Positions 1 to 7,666 of a stretch of 15,431 nt of DNA are shown one piece after another (the first letter of the stretch is position 1; every line of letters starts with the position of its first letter). Both the position numbers and the translations under genes were made by a program. Under the pieces are notes generated by a model. It saw only the letters and a program-made list of their open reading frames with translations. It was not told where the DNA came from and ran no database searches. Origin of the DNA: Burkholderiales bacterium (GTDB taxonomy: Bacteria; Pseudomonadota; Gammaproteobacteria; Burkholderiales; Burkholderiaceae_D); assembly GCA_016177875.1 (NCBI GenBank), contig JACOUL010000008.1, positions 1 to 15,431 on the forward strand, in the 5' to 3' direction.

Positions 1-132
1 ATTGAAATTCTGTGGAAGCAGGCCAAATATTTCTGGCGCCGCTTCTGTGCATTGGCCGGTCACGAATTGCAGCAGGAAGTCGACGCCTTGATGCAGGGTT
101 TTGGTACAGATTACACAATTGCTTTTCAATGA
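1..132 (+). CDS. 3' end of an unidentified CDS (last 43 codons, ...GHELQQEVDALMQGFGTDYTIAFQ*), truncated by the window edge
   Basis: Frame 1 is open from base 1 to a TGA at 130-132. It is convergent with the minus-strand protease gene, leaving a 4-bp gap. I do not recognise the product. Confidence 0.3.
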   Translation: MEILWKQAKYFWRRFCALAGHELQQEVDALMQGFGTDYTIAFQ

Positions 133-136
133 TTAC

Positions 137-772
137 TTAGAATCGCTTGGTAAGCGTGAGGCGCACACCCTCACGCTTTAATTCCATTCGATTTAGGAAA
201 GAATTGCCGAGTAGCGTGAGCGACAGGCCGCCTTCTTGAATTGCCGCGTCGACCTGGCTGACTTCGATATCGCCAATTTTGAGAGTATCAATTTTGACTC
301 GGTAGATTGGTACCACGCCATTCGCGGTATTGGCATAACCTACCGAACCCTTTTTATAATTAATTCCCAAGCGTTGCGCTTCGCTTGCCGGCATGGCGAT
401 CATGCTTGCACCCGTGTCGACCATCATGCGCACTGTGCCGCCATTGATTTGTCCATTCACGAAATAATGGCCGTTGGAATCGGGGTCCAAAGAAACACTG
501 GCGCGTCCACTGGACGTTATTCGATTGTGATGAATACCGATCATCAGGGTTTCACGGCGGCCATTGTCTTCAATAACCGCTGTTGAAGCATCGACGCTGA
601 TCAGTTTCATGCCGTCGCCGATCGTGCCGCCGACCGCATAGGTCTTTGGCGACCCACCATCGATAACCAGTACGGCTTTTCCCGGAAACAGACCGATTAA
701 ATCGATACCGGCTGCTTCAGCCGAGCTTAGTGGTAGCAGACTTGCTATCAAGACGGCTGAAATCAAGCGCAT
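137..772 (-). CDS. Retropepsin-like (clan AA) aspartic protease, membrane-anchored or secreted (TIGR02281-like)
   Basis: The ORF 137..892 contains an internal Met at 772 followed by a signal-peptide-like segment (MRLISAVLIASLLPLSSAEAAG). The C-terminal half carries the retropepsin catalytic motif MVDTGAS followed by MIAMP. I place the start at 772; the upstream in-frame extension to 892 is less likely. Confidence 0.7.
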   Translation of the reverse strand: MRLISAVLIASLLPLSSAEAAGIDLIGLFPGKAVLVIDGGSPKTYAVGGTIGDGMKLISVDASTAVIEDNGRRETLMIGIHHNRITSSGRASVSLDPDSNGHYFVNGQINGGTVRMMVDTGASMIAMPASEAQRLGINYKKGSVGYANTANGVVPIYRVKIDTLKIGDIEVSQVDAAIQEGGLSLTLLGNSFLNRMELKREGVRLTLTKRF

Positions 773-1076
773 GGCGAGAGTCGTTATGTGCAAACAATGG
801 TTCCGGAACCAGCTCTTGGTGAATGCGCAGCAAGACATGGATTTCGTCCCATACTTCAGCGGGGAATCCTGCACGGTTACCGCGTTCGTCAAGAGTTAGC
901 TTGGTAAAGTACATGCCCAATTCGCGGAATCCCCACAGGGCCTGGATAGCCGAAAGAATGTGTGGAAACTGTGTTTCCAGCGCGGAGGGATATTGCTCTT
1001 GCGGAGGCGTTTCCTTTCCAGGCGCGCCGGTGCCGGAGGTTGCCGTGCTAGGTGCGGGGAAACGATAACGTGGCAT
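717..1076 (-). CDS. Hypothetical protein (119 aa) between yajQ and the protease gene
   Basis: ATG-initiated ORF 22 nt downstream of the yajQ stop on the same strand. It overlaps the protease start by 56 nt in another frame. The central segment (ILSAIQALWGFRELGMYFTKLTLDERGN...VWDEIHVLLRIHQEL) looks protein-like, but I do not recognise a family. The Shine-Dalgarno is weak. Confidence 0.4.
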   Translation of the reverse strand: MPRYRFPAPSTATSGTGAPGKETPPQEQYPSALETQFPHILSAIQALWGFRELGMYFTKLTLDERGNRAGFPAEVWDEIHVLLRIHQELVPEPLFAHNDSRHALDFSRLDSKSATTKLG

Positions 1077-1098
1077 GATGCATTCTCGGTAAATCAGG

Positions 1099-1584
1099 CT
1101 AATCGCGGAAATTGGTAAAGTCCAAAGGCAGCTCCGTCACATCCTTGCGCAGCAAGGCAATGGCCGCTTGCAAGTCATCGCGTTTGGCGCCGTTCACACG
1201 AATCGCGTCGCCTTGAATGCTGGCTTGAACCTTCATTTTGCTGTCTTTTATGAGGCGGACAATTTTCTTGGCTAATTCGACTTCAATACCATTCTTGATC
1301 TTGATGCCTTGCTTGACCTTGTCGCCGCCGATTTTTTCAATCTTCCCTAAGTCCATGAAGCGCACGTCGACATTGCGCTTAGTGAGTTTGGCCGTCAAAA
1401 CCTCGCGAACCTGATTCAGCTGAAATTCTGAGTCGGCGAATGCAGTCAACTCACGCTCTTTTTGTTCAATACGGGCATCACTTCCCTTGAAGTCAAAGCG
1501 CGTAGAAATTTCCTTGTTGGCCTGATCGACAGCATTCTTGACTTCAACCAGATTGGCCTCGGATACGACATCAAACGATGGCAT
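1099..1584 (-). CDS. yajQ: YajQ family (UPF0234) nucleotide/c-di-GMP-binding protein
   Basis: 161 aa. The N-terminus [40 protein letters not shown] is the characteristic YajQ signature, and the length is typical. Confidence 0.9.
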   Translation of the reverse strand: MPSFDVVSEANLVEVKNAVDQANKEISTRFDFKGSDARIEQKERELTAFADSEFQLNQVREVLTAKLTKRNVDVRFMDLGKIEKIGGDKVKQGIKIKNGIEVELAKKIVRLIKDSKMKVQASIQGDAIRVNGAKRDDLQAAIALLRKDVTELPLDFTNFRD

Positions 1585-1598
1585 TGCTAGTCCCCTTA

Positions 1599-1619
1599 GG
1601 TGGACAAAACGTGTCCACC
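1599..1619. promoter_or_regulatory. 21-bp perfect palindrome GGTGGACA-aaacg-TGTCCACC in the yajQ/murB divergent intergenic region
   Basis: Read directly: 1599-1606 is the reverse complement of 1612-1619. It lies 15 nt upstream of the yajQ ATG. It is either an operator for a dimeric regulator or a 5'-UTR hairpin. Confidence 0.3.
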
Positions 1620-1688
1620 AGCCTCAATTGTTTTGTGTAAACGGCAATTCTATCGGACTATAAGCCGAGTGGCTATAATTTGCCAGCC

Positions 1689-2717
1689 ATGCCAGACGAT
1701 TTTCTCATCCATTCTGATTTTTCGCTACGCCAACTGAATACTTTTGGCATTGATGCGAAAGCCCATCGCTATGTGTCTATAGATTCGGTCAATACGCTGC
1801 TGAAAGTCGTCAAAACGACTGAATTTGCGCAATCGGAACGATTTGTTCTGGGCGGGGGAAGCAATATTCTTTTGACTGACGACTTCCCCGGGCTTGTATT
1901 GCACATAGGCATTAAGCAGATTGGGCTGATTGGAGACGATGAGGACACTACCTTCGTGCGCGCCGCTGCAGGAGAAAATTGGCATCAATTTGTCCAGTGG
2001 ACTTTAGCGCATGATTTGTCCGGCTTAGAAAACCTTTCCTTGATTCCGGGTAGCGTCGGTGCTGCACCCATTCAGAATATCGGTGCATACGGTGCGGAAG
2101 TAAAAGACTTTCTGCATAGCGTGACCGTTTTTGATTTGCTTAGCGGAGACATTCGCACCCTTAGTAATGCCGAATGCGGATTCGGCTATCGCGATAGTAT
2201 TTTCAAACGCGAGCTGAAAGGAAGGGCCGTAATTCTCGACGTGACGTTCGCCTTGCCTAAACGCTGGCAGCCCAACTTGCACTATGTGGAATTGGCGCAA
2301 GAGATGAAGGCGCGCGGATTGAATATGCCGACCGCAAGAGAAGTCAGCGATGCCGTCATTGCCATTCGTACTCGCAAGCTTCCCGACCCTGCCATCATCG
2401 GCAATGCCGGCAGCTTTTTTAAGAATCCTATCGTGTCGGCGGTCAAGCGTGAACAGTTGCTTGCGCAATTTCCCCAATTGGTCAGCCACCGTCAGGCTGA
2501 CGGCAGCTATAAATTGGCGGCCGGTTGGCTCATCGATCAGTGCGGCTGGAAAGGCAAGAGCATGGGCGCTGCCGGCGTATATGAGCGTCAGGCTCTGGTC
2601 TTAGTGAATCGAGGCGGCGCAAGCGGTAAAGAAATCGTCGATTTGGCGTGCGCTATCCAGAAGAGTGTGCTCGCGCGTTTCGACGTTTTGTTGGAAGCCG
2701 AGCCGATTATTCTTTAG
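1689..2717 (+). CDS. murB: UDP-N-acetylenolpyruvoylglucosamine reductase
   Basis: 342 aa from the ATG at 1689. The tracked 1680 start is a TTG. It has the FAD-binding MurB N-terminal region (LNTFGIDAKA...LGGGSNILL) and a MurB C-terminal domain. A TATAAT at 1674-1679 sits only about 10 nt before the ATG. Confidence 0.9.
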   Translation: MPDDFLIHSDFSLRQLNTFGIDAKAHRYVSIDSVNTLLKVVKTTEFAQSERFVLGGGSNILLTDDFPGLVLHIGIKQIGLIGDDEDTTFVRAAAGENWHQFVQWTLAHDLSGLENLSLIPGSVGAAPIQNIGAYGAEVKDFLHSVTVFDLLSGDIRTLSNAECGFGYRDSIFKRELKGRAVILDVTFALPKRWQPNLHYVELAQEMKARGLNMPTAREVSDAVIAIRTRKLPDPAIIGNAGSFFKNPIVSAVKREQLLAQFPQLVSHRQADGSYKLAAGWLIDQCGWKGKSMGAAGVYERQALVLVNRGGASGKEIVDLACAIQKSVLARFDVLLEAEPIIL

Positions 2718-2985
2718 AACTCATTTCATCAATACGAGGGCACGCGAAAGTGGTCTGGACGGATGCGGCGCTAGGCGTCATCGCGACGCAAAGGCTGATG
2801 CCTTTGCTAGCGGTGCAACAATGCGATGCGCCGCCCAGACCACTTTCCCGGAGGGTTCGCACCAGAATCGACGCTGGACAGCGTTGGGCTCCTTGCGAAT
2901 ATGCAACGGCTATTCGACGCGTCGCCCGCCTTGCCAGCCCCGATTCTGGAGCGAACGCGAGCCCTCCTATTGATGAAATGAGTTC
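2717..2985. repeat. 269-bp palindromic, highly structured element with perfect 18-bp terminal inverted repeats (MITE-like or structured-RNA leader)
   Basis: GAACTCATTTCATCAATA at 2717-2734 is the exact reverse complement of 2968-2985. The closing stem extends to about 30 bp with 2 mismatches. Inside are nested perfect stems: 2746-2758/2835-2847 (13 bp); 2765-2771/2828-2834; 2779-2784/2823-2828; the GCAAAGGC-UGAU-GCCUUUGC hairpin at 2788-2807; 2864-2872/2941-2949 (9 bp); the hairpins at 2873-2886 and 2899-2917; and a CGACGCGTCG palindrome. It has no coding capacity beyond symmetric shadow ORFs. Confidence 0.6.
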
Positions 2986-3064
2986 TGGTTGCACCACGTC
3001 CAGACATATCGAATCCATTTTGGTGCGAAATCTGGTTTTGCACTAAGGACGGGCATTTCACTTT

Positions 3065-3093
3065 TTACTTATTTTTATTAAAAATCATATAGT
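3065..3093 (+). promoter_or_regulatory. Candidate sigma70-type promoter for the amidase/ABC operon (-35 TTACTT, 17-bp spacer, -10 TATAGT)
   Basis: An AT-rich block at 3050-3125 precedes the operon. TATAGT lies at 3088-3093 and TTACTT at 3065-3070. This is inferred by eye only. Confidence 0.25.
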
Positions 3094-3129
3094 TAAGTAA
3101 AAATTCCAGCGGGCATGATATTCGCTTAA

Positions 3130-3166
3130 CTTGAACACATTCTTGTATTCAAGATCGTATTCAAGG
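3130..3166. promoter_or_regulatory. Candidate operator: three copies of an 8-9 bp half-site overlapping the Shine-Dalgarno/start of the first operon gene
   Basis: CTTGAACA at 3130-3137 is inverted relative to TATTCAAG at 3146-3153 (8-bp arms, 8-bp spacer). A direct repeat GTATTCAAG occurs at 3145-3153 and 3158-3166. The array ends 8 nt before the ATG at 3174. The only regulator in the operon is the GntR/FCD protein encoded at its end. Confidence 0.3.
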
Positions 3167-3173
3167 CGAATTC

Positions 3174-5030
3174 ATGGACGCAATTCCTTCCGTATTAACT
3201 ATTTCTGCTGTGCAAGGCAGCTATTTGAGCGGTAAATATTCGCCGGTCGAATTGCTGGCCAAAGTTTTCGAACGTATCAAGCACGAAAGTCCGGCGGAAA
3301 TTTGGATTGGCCATGCCGATCGTGCGAGTGCGTTGGCGCGTGCCAAGGAATTAGGATTGACGCTTGCCGCGGAAGGCGCCGCTGCGTTTAAGCGCTTTCC
3401 TCTACTCGGTATTCCGTTCGCGGTTAAAGACAATATCGATGTGGCAGGATTGCCCACCTCTGCAGCTTGTCCTGCGTTTGCTTATACGCCGAGTCGCTCG
3501 GCGGAAGCGGTTGATCGTCTGCAAAAAGCAGGGGCGATCGTCGTCGGCAAGACGAATCTCGATCAATTCGCCACCGGTTTAGTAGGCACGCGATCACCTT
3601 ATGGTGCAGTAAAAAATCCATTTAATGCCGACTATATTTCCGGTGGGTCGAGTTCCGGTTCAGCGGCAGCGGTTGCGCATGGCTTTGTCGCATTTTCATT
3701 AGGCACCGATACGGCGGGGTCGGGGCGCGTACCTGCAGGATTTTGCAACTTAGTCGGCATCAAGCCGACGCCAGGTTTGGTCAGTACCCGCGGCGTGGTG
3801 CCGGCTTGCCGCAGCCTGGACTGCATTTCGGTATTTGCGCACGGCGTAGAGGAGGGCTGGCGCGTATTGAGCGCAATGGTGGGGAAAGATCAAGAAGATC
3901 CGTATTCCTATTCGCCTCGCATGCTGCCGCCGCTTGTAAAAAAAGTGCGTATCGGTATTCCGGCGCAACCGGAATTTTTTGGAGATGACGAGGCTCGGAA
4001 GTTGTATGAACACGCAGTGGGCGTGTTGGAGGCTCTGCCTCAAGTGTCAATCGTCCCGTTTGATTTCTCGCCGCTGCACGAAGTCGCACAACTACTGTAT
4101 GACGGCCCTTGGGTGGCTGAACGGCGGGCTGCTTTGGGAACATTTTTTGAGACCAGCTGCACCGATATGGATGCGACGGTGCGTGAAGTGATTCGCCGCG
4201 CCGATGGACAAACCGCAGTTGACGCTTTCAATGGCATTTATCGTCTAGAAGCAGGCAAACGCTTGGCAGAGTCCTTGTTCGCGCAATTCGACATGCTGAC
4301 GGTGCCGACCGCGCCCACGCATTTCAGCATTGCGCAAATTGCAGAACAACCGGTGGCGCGCAACGCACAGCTCGGCCTCTACACCAATTTTGTCAATCTG
4401 CTCGGTATGTGCGCGCTGGCGCTTCCGACAGGTTTTCGCAGCGATGGATTGCCGGCCGGCGTCACGCTGATCGGCCCCGGTGGTGCGGATTATCGGCTTG
4501 CGGAATTTGCACGTGCACTTGAGCCCCTGCTGCACAAGCGCCTCGGCCGAAGTGAACAAGAGCCGCCGCGCAGCGGCAGTCTGACAGCATTGCCCGAAGA
4601 TGAGGCAACGATCGACGTCGCGGTCGTAGGTGCTCACCTGTCCGGTCAATCGCTGAATTGGCAATTGATCGAGCGTGGCGCGCGGCTGGTGCGCAGCGGG
4701 CGCACGGCGAGCCGTTATCGTTTGTACGCATTGCCCGGTACTACGCCGCCCAAACCGGGGTTGATCCGTAGCGACGACGGCGCCGCCGGATGCGCAATCG
4801 AAATCGAAGTATGGCAGATGCCGGTGCGTCAATACGGCAGCTTCGTTGCAGAAATTCCATCTCCCTTGGGCATCGGCAGTCTCGAGTTGGAAGATGGCAG
4901 CAGTGTGCAGGGCTTTCTGTGCGAGGCCTGGGCACTCAAGGATGCACAGGATATTTCCGCTTACGGCGGCTGGCGCGCATTCCGTGCCGACGCCGCCTTT
5001 TCAACTTCACTCAAGAAGGAGCTTTCATGA
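3174..5030 (+). CDS. Amidase-signature family hydrolase with a C-terminal extension domain; allophanate hydrolase (AtzF/DUR1,2-type)-like
   Basis: 618 aa. It has the amidase signature: the Lys in FAVKDNIDVAGLPT and the Gly/Ser-rich GGSSSGSAAAVA with the downstream GTDTAGSGR. An additional C-terminal domain of about 140 aa (VAVVGAHLSGQSLNWQLIERGA...) is typical of allophanate hydrolases rather than plain amidases. No urea carboxylase gene is adjacent. Confidence 0.75.
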   Translation: MDAIPSVLTISAVQGSYLSGKYSPVELLAKVFERIKHESPAEIWIGHADRASALARAKELGLTLAAEGAAAFKRFPLLGIPFAVKDNIDVAGLPTSAACPAFAYTPSRSAEAVDRLQKAGAIVVGKTNLDQFATGLVGTRSPYGAVKNPFNADYISGGSSSGSAAAVAHGFVAFSLGTDTAGSGRVPAGFCNLVGIKPTPGLVSTRGVVPACRSLDCISVFAHGVEEGWRVLSAMVGKDQEDPYSYSPRMLPPLVKKVRIGIPAQPEFFGDDEARKLYEHAVGVLEALPQVSIVPFDFSPLHEVAQLLYDGPWVAERRAALGTFFETSCTDMDATVREVIRRADGQTAVDAFNGIYRLEAGKRLAESLFAQFDMLTVPTAPTHFSIAQIAEQPVARNAQLGLYTNFVNLLGMCALALPTGFRSDGLPAGVTLIGPGGADYRLAEFARALEPLLHKRLGRSEQEPPRSGSLTALPEDEATIDVAVVGAHLSGQSLNWQLIERGARLVRSGRTASRYRLYALPGTTPPKPGLIRSDDGAAGCAIEIEVWQMPVRQYGSFVAEIPSPLGIGSLELEDGSSVQGFLCEAWALKDAQDISAYGGWRAFRADAAFSTSLKKELS

Positions 5031-6640
5031 TTAATTCGCTCTTCAAACGCGCGGCGCTTTGTTCGCTTTTCGGTGCATTGCTGGCAGTTTCCACGCTACC
5101 GGCAAGCGCACAGGATAAGCGCAAGGAGACGCTGATCGTCGCCAACGAAACCGGTCCCAACATGCTAGACGTGCAAGGCGTCGGCGCCAATCGCCCGGCA
5201 TACGCGGTGTCGTGGATGACTTACGACCGCTTAATGACCTTCGGCAAAAAGAAACTGGCCAACGGCATCGTCAGTTACGACTTTTCAAAGCTGGAACCTG
5301 AATTGGCGGAAAGCTGGGAATTCGCGAAGGATGGCATGTCGGTGACCTTCAAGCTGCGCAAAAATGCGAAGTTCCACGATGGCACGCCAGTGACTGCCAA
5401 GGATGTGAAATGGTCGTTCGAACGCGCACTGGCAATGGGCGGCTTTCCGACCTTCCAAATGAAAGCGGCGTCGATTGAAAAACCGGAACAGTTTGAAGTG
5501 GTCGACGCCAACACGTTCCGCGTCAAATTCCTGCGCAAGGATAAGATGACGATGCCGGATCTGGCGGTGCCGACGGCTTCCATTTACAACTCCGAGCTGG
5601 CTAAGAAAAACGCCACACCGGAAGATCCGTGGGCCGGCACTTGGCTGAAGAACAATACTGCAGGCGGCGGTGCATACAAGGTTGAGTCTTATAAGCCCGG
5701 CCAGGAAATCATTTACGTTCGCAACGACGATTGGAAGAGCGGTCCGCTGCCTAAGATCAAGCGCGTCATCCAGCGCGAAGTGCCGTCGGCGGGCAATCGC
5801 CGCGCATTGCTGACCAAAGGCGACATCGACATGAGCTATGACATGCCGCCGAAGGATTTCGCCGAGATGTCGCAAGAGAAGGGCAACGTCAAGGTTTCCA
5901 GCGTGCCGATTGAAAATTCGATGTTCTATCTCGGCATGAACGTGACCAAACCGCCGTTCGACAATATGAAGGTGCGCCAAGCGGTAGCCTATGCCGTGCC
6001 GTATGAGCGTCTCATGCAAAGTGCGGCGTATGGACGCGGCGTGCCTTTATTCGGCGCCAAAAATTCGGCGACCGGCGCCGAATGGCCGGCCGCCACCAAG
6101 TACACGACCGATCTTGCCAAGGCCAAGCAATTGATGAAAGAAGCCGGTTATGAAAACGGTTTCGAAACCACGTTATCGTTCGATCTCGGCCAGGGGACGG
6201 TGTCCGAACCGATCGCCATTCTGGTGCAGGAAGCGCTGGCGCAGTTGAACATCAAGAGCACCATCAATAAGGTGCCGGGTTCCAATTGGCGTGCCGCGAT
6301 GTTAAAGAAGGACATGCCGCTGATGATCAATCGTTTCGGCGGCTGGCTCAACTATCCGGAGTACTTCTTCTTCTGGACGTATCACGGCCAGAACGCGGTA
6401 TTCAACACCATGTCGTACAAGAATCCCGGCGTGGACAAGATGATCGATGCCGCTCGCTTCGAGACCGACAAGCTGTCGTATCAGAGTCAGGTGAAAACCT
6501 TCGTCAATATCGCCTACGAAGAAGTGCCGCGCGTGCCCTTGTTCCAGCCGATGGCCGACGTGGCGATGCAAAAGAATGTGCAAGGCTACACCTACTGGTT
6601 CCACTTGCAGCCCGACTATCGTCAGCTGTCCAAGAACTAA
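5027..6640 (+). CDS. ABC transporter periplasmic substrate-binding protein, family 5 (DppA/OppA/NikA-like)
   Basis: The start is reassigned to the ATG at 5027, with AAGGAG 6 nt upstream and an ATGA overlap with the amidase stop. The tracked 4790 start would lie inside the amidase gene. It has a signal peptide (MINSLFKRAALCSLFGALLAVSTLPASAQD) and a family-5 SBP size of 537 aa. Confidence 0.85.
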   Translation: MINSLFKRAALCSLFGALLAVSTLPASAQDKRKETLIVANETGPNMLDVQGVGANRPAYAVSWMTYDRLMTFGKKKLANGIVSYDFSKLEPELAESWEFAKDGMSVTFKLRKNAKFHDGTPVTAKDVKWSFERALAMGGFPTFQMKAASIEKPEQFEVVDANTFRVKFLRKDKMTMPDLAVPTASIYNSELAKKNATPEDPWAGTWLKNNTAGGGAYKVESYKPGQEIIYVRNDDWKSGPLPKIKRVIQREVPSAGNRRALLTKGDIDMSYDMPPKDFAEMSQEKGNVKVSSVPIENSMFYLGMNVTKPPFDNMKVRQAVAYAVPYERLMQSAAYGRGVPLFGAKNSATGAEWPAATKYTTDLAKAKQLMKEAGYENGFETTLSFDLGQGTVSEPIAILVQEALAQLNIKSTINKVPGSNWRAAMLKKDMPLMINRFGGWLNYPEYFFFWTYHGQNAVFNTMSYKNPGVDKMIDAARFETDKLSYQSQVKTFVNIAYEEVPRVPLFQPMADVAMQKNVQGYTYWFHLQPDYRQLSKN

Positions 6641-6652
6641 AGGAATGCGGCA

Positions 6653-7666
6653 ATGTTGACGACTATCCTCAAGCGGCTGTTGGGCGCGATCCCGAATATC
6701 ATCGGGGTGATCGTCGTCACCTTTCTTTTGACGCGTGCATTGCCCGGCGACCCGGCGGCATTTTTCGCCGGGCCGTCCGGCAGTGCGGAAGCAGTTGAGC
6801 AAATTCGTGAAAAGCTCGGGCTCAATCGCCCCTTGCCGGTGCAGTTCGGTTATTACGTACGCGACTTGGCGAAGGGCGATTGGGGTGTTTCGCTTTCCAC
6901 CGGCCAGCCGGTGCTGAGGGAACTTGCCACGCGCCTGCCGGCATCGCTTGAGTTAACGCTGGTTGGGCTCTTGCTCTCGGTAGTGATTGCGATCCCGCTC
7001 GGCGTGCTTGCGGCAACGCGTCCCGGCTCTTGGATAGACCACGCTTGCCGTGCCATCGCAACAGCCGGCGTTTCGCTGCCGACCTTCTTCACAGGTTTGT
7101 TGCTGGCCTACGTGTTTTACTTTTTGCTCGGTTGGGCACCGGCGCCGCTAGGGCGGCTCGACGCCTATCTGTCGGCGCCTCCAAGCGTGACGGGTTTTTA
7201 TTTGATCGATAGTTTGATCGCCCGCGACCTGGAAGTGTTTTGGGCCGCGCTACGTCAGCTGGCATTGCCGGCGATTACCCTCGGGCTGTTTGTTCTTGCG
7301 CCGCTCGCGCGTATGACACGCGCCGCCATGCTGGGCGTATTATCGGCGGATTTCATCCGCACTGCGCGGGCAAGCGGATTGTCTTCCCGCACCGTTATTT
7401 TTACCTATGCTTTTCGCAACGCCGTGCTGCCGGTGATGACGACGCTCGGCATGGTGTTTTCCTTTCTGCTCGGTTCCAACGTGCTGGTGGAGAAAGTATT
7501 CGCCTGGCCCGGTATCGGGTCGTTTGCCATTGAGGCGCTGGTGTCGTCCGACTACGCGCCGGTACAAGGTTTCGTGCTGGCCATGGCTCTTTTGTATGTG
7601 TTGCTGAACCTGACCATTGATATCGCTTATGGACTCATCGATCCCCGTGTCCGCGTTGAAGGCTGA
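6653..7666 (+). CDS. ABC transporter permease (DppB/OppB-like)
   Basis: 337 aa. The N-terminal LLGAIPNIIGVIVVTFLLTRALPGDP motif and multiple TM segments match a binding-protein-dependent permease. AAGGA lies 8 nt upstream of the ATG. Confidence 0.9.
   Translation: MLTTILKRLLGAIPNIIGVIVVTFLLTRALPGDPAAFFAGPSGSAEAVEQIREKLGLNRPLPVQFGYYVRDLAKGDWGVSLSTGQPVLRELATRLPASLELTLVGLLLSVVIAIPLGVLAATRPGSWIDHACRAIATAGVSLPTFFTGLLLAYVFYFLLGWAPAPLGRLDAYLSAPPSVTGFYLIDSLIARDLEVFWAALRQLALPAITLGLFVLAPLARMTRAAMLGVLSADFIRTARASGLSSRTVIFTYAFRNAVLPVMTTLGMVFSFLLGSNVLVEKVFAWPGIGSFAIEALVSSDYAPVQGFVLAMALLYVLLNLTIDIAYGLIDPRVRVEG

Noticed and set aside
137-892. Full 251-aa extent of the protease ORF starting at 892
   Set aside because: The internal Met at 772 is followed immediately by a canonical signal peptide. 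The first 40 codons would overlap most of the 119-aa upstream gene and have no membrane or signal character.
2648-3061. Four overlapping ORFs of 84-132 aa on both strands (2648..3046+, 2665..2973+, 2707..3018-, 2807..3061-)
   Set aside because: They lie inside the palindromic element. The mirror-image ORFs on both strands are what a GC-rich inverted repeat produces. There are no Shine-Dalgarno sequences and the translations are low-complexity and Arg/Ala-rich.
3221-4935. Several ORFs of 60-195 aa inside or antisense to the amidase gene (e.g. 4245..4832-, 3781..4143-)
   Set aside because: They are embedded in a strongly supported 618-aa amidase CDS and their translations are low-complexity.
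4790-5026. N-terminal extension of the tracked 616-aa ORF, upstream of the SBP signal peptide
   Set aside because: The extension lies inside the amidase gene in another frame. The ATG at 5027 has AAGGAG and is immediately followed by a signal peptide.
5285-6019. 244-aa minus-strand ORF antisense to the SBP gene
   Set aside because: It is a shadow ORF opposite a well-supported CDS. The protein is His/Arg-rich and low-complexity and has no start context.
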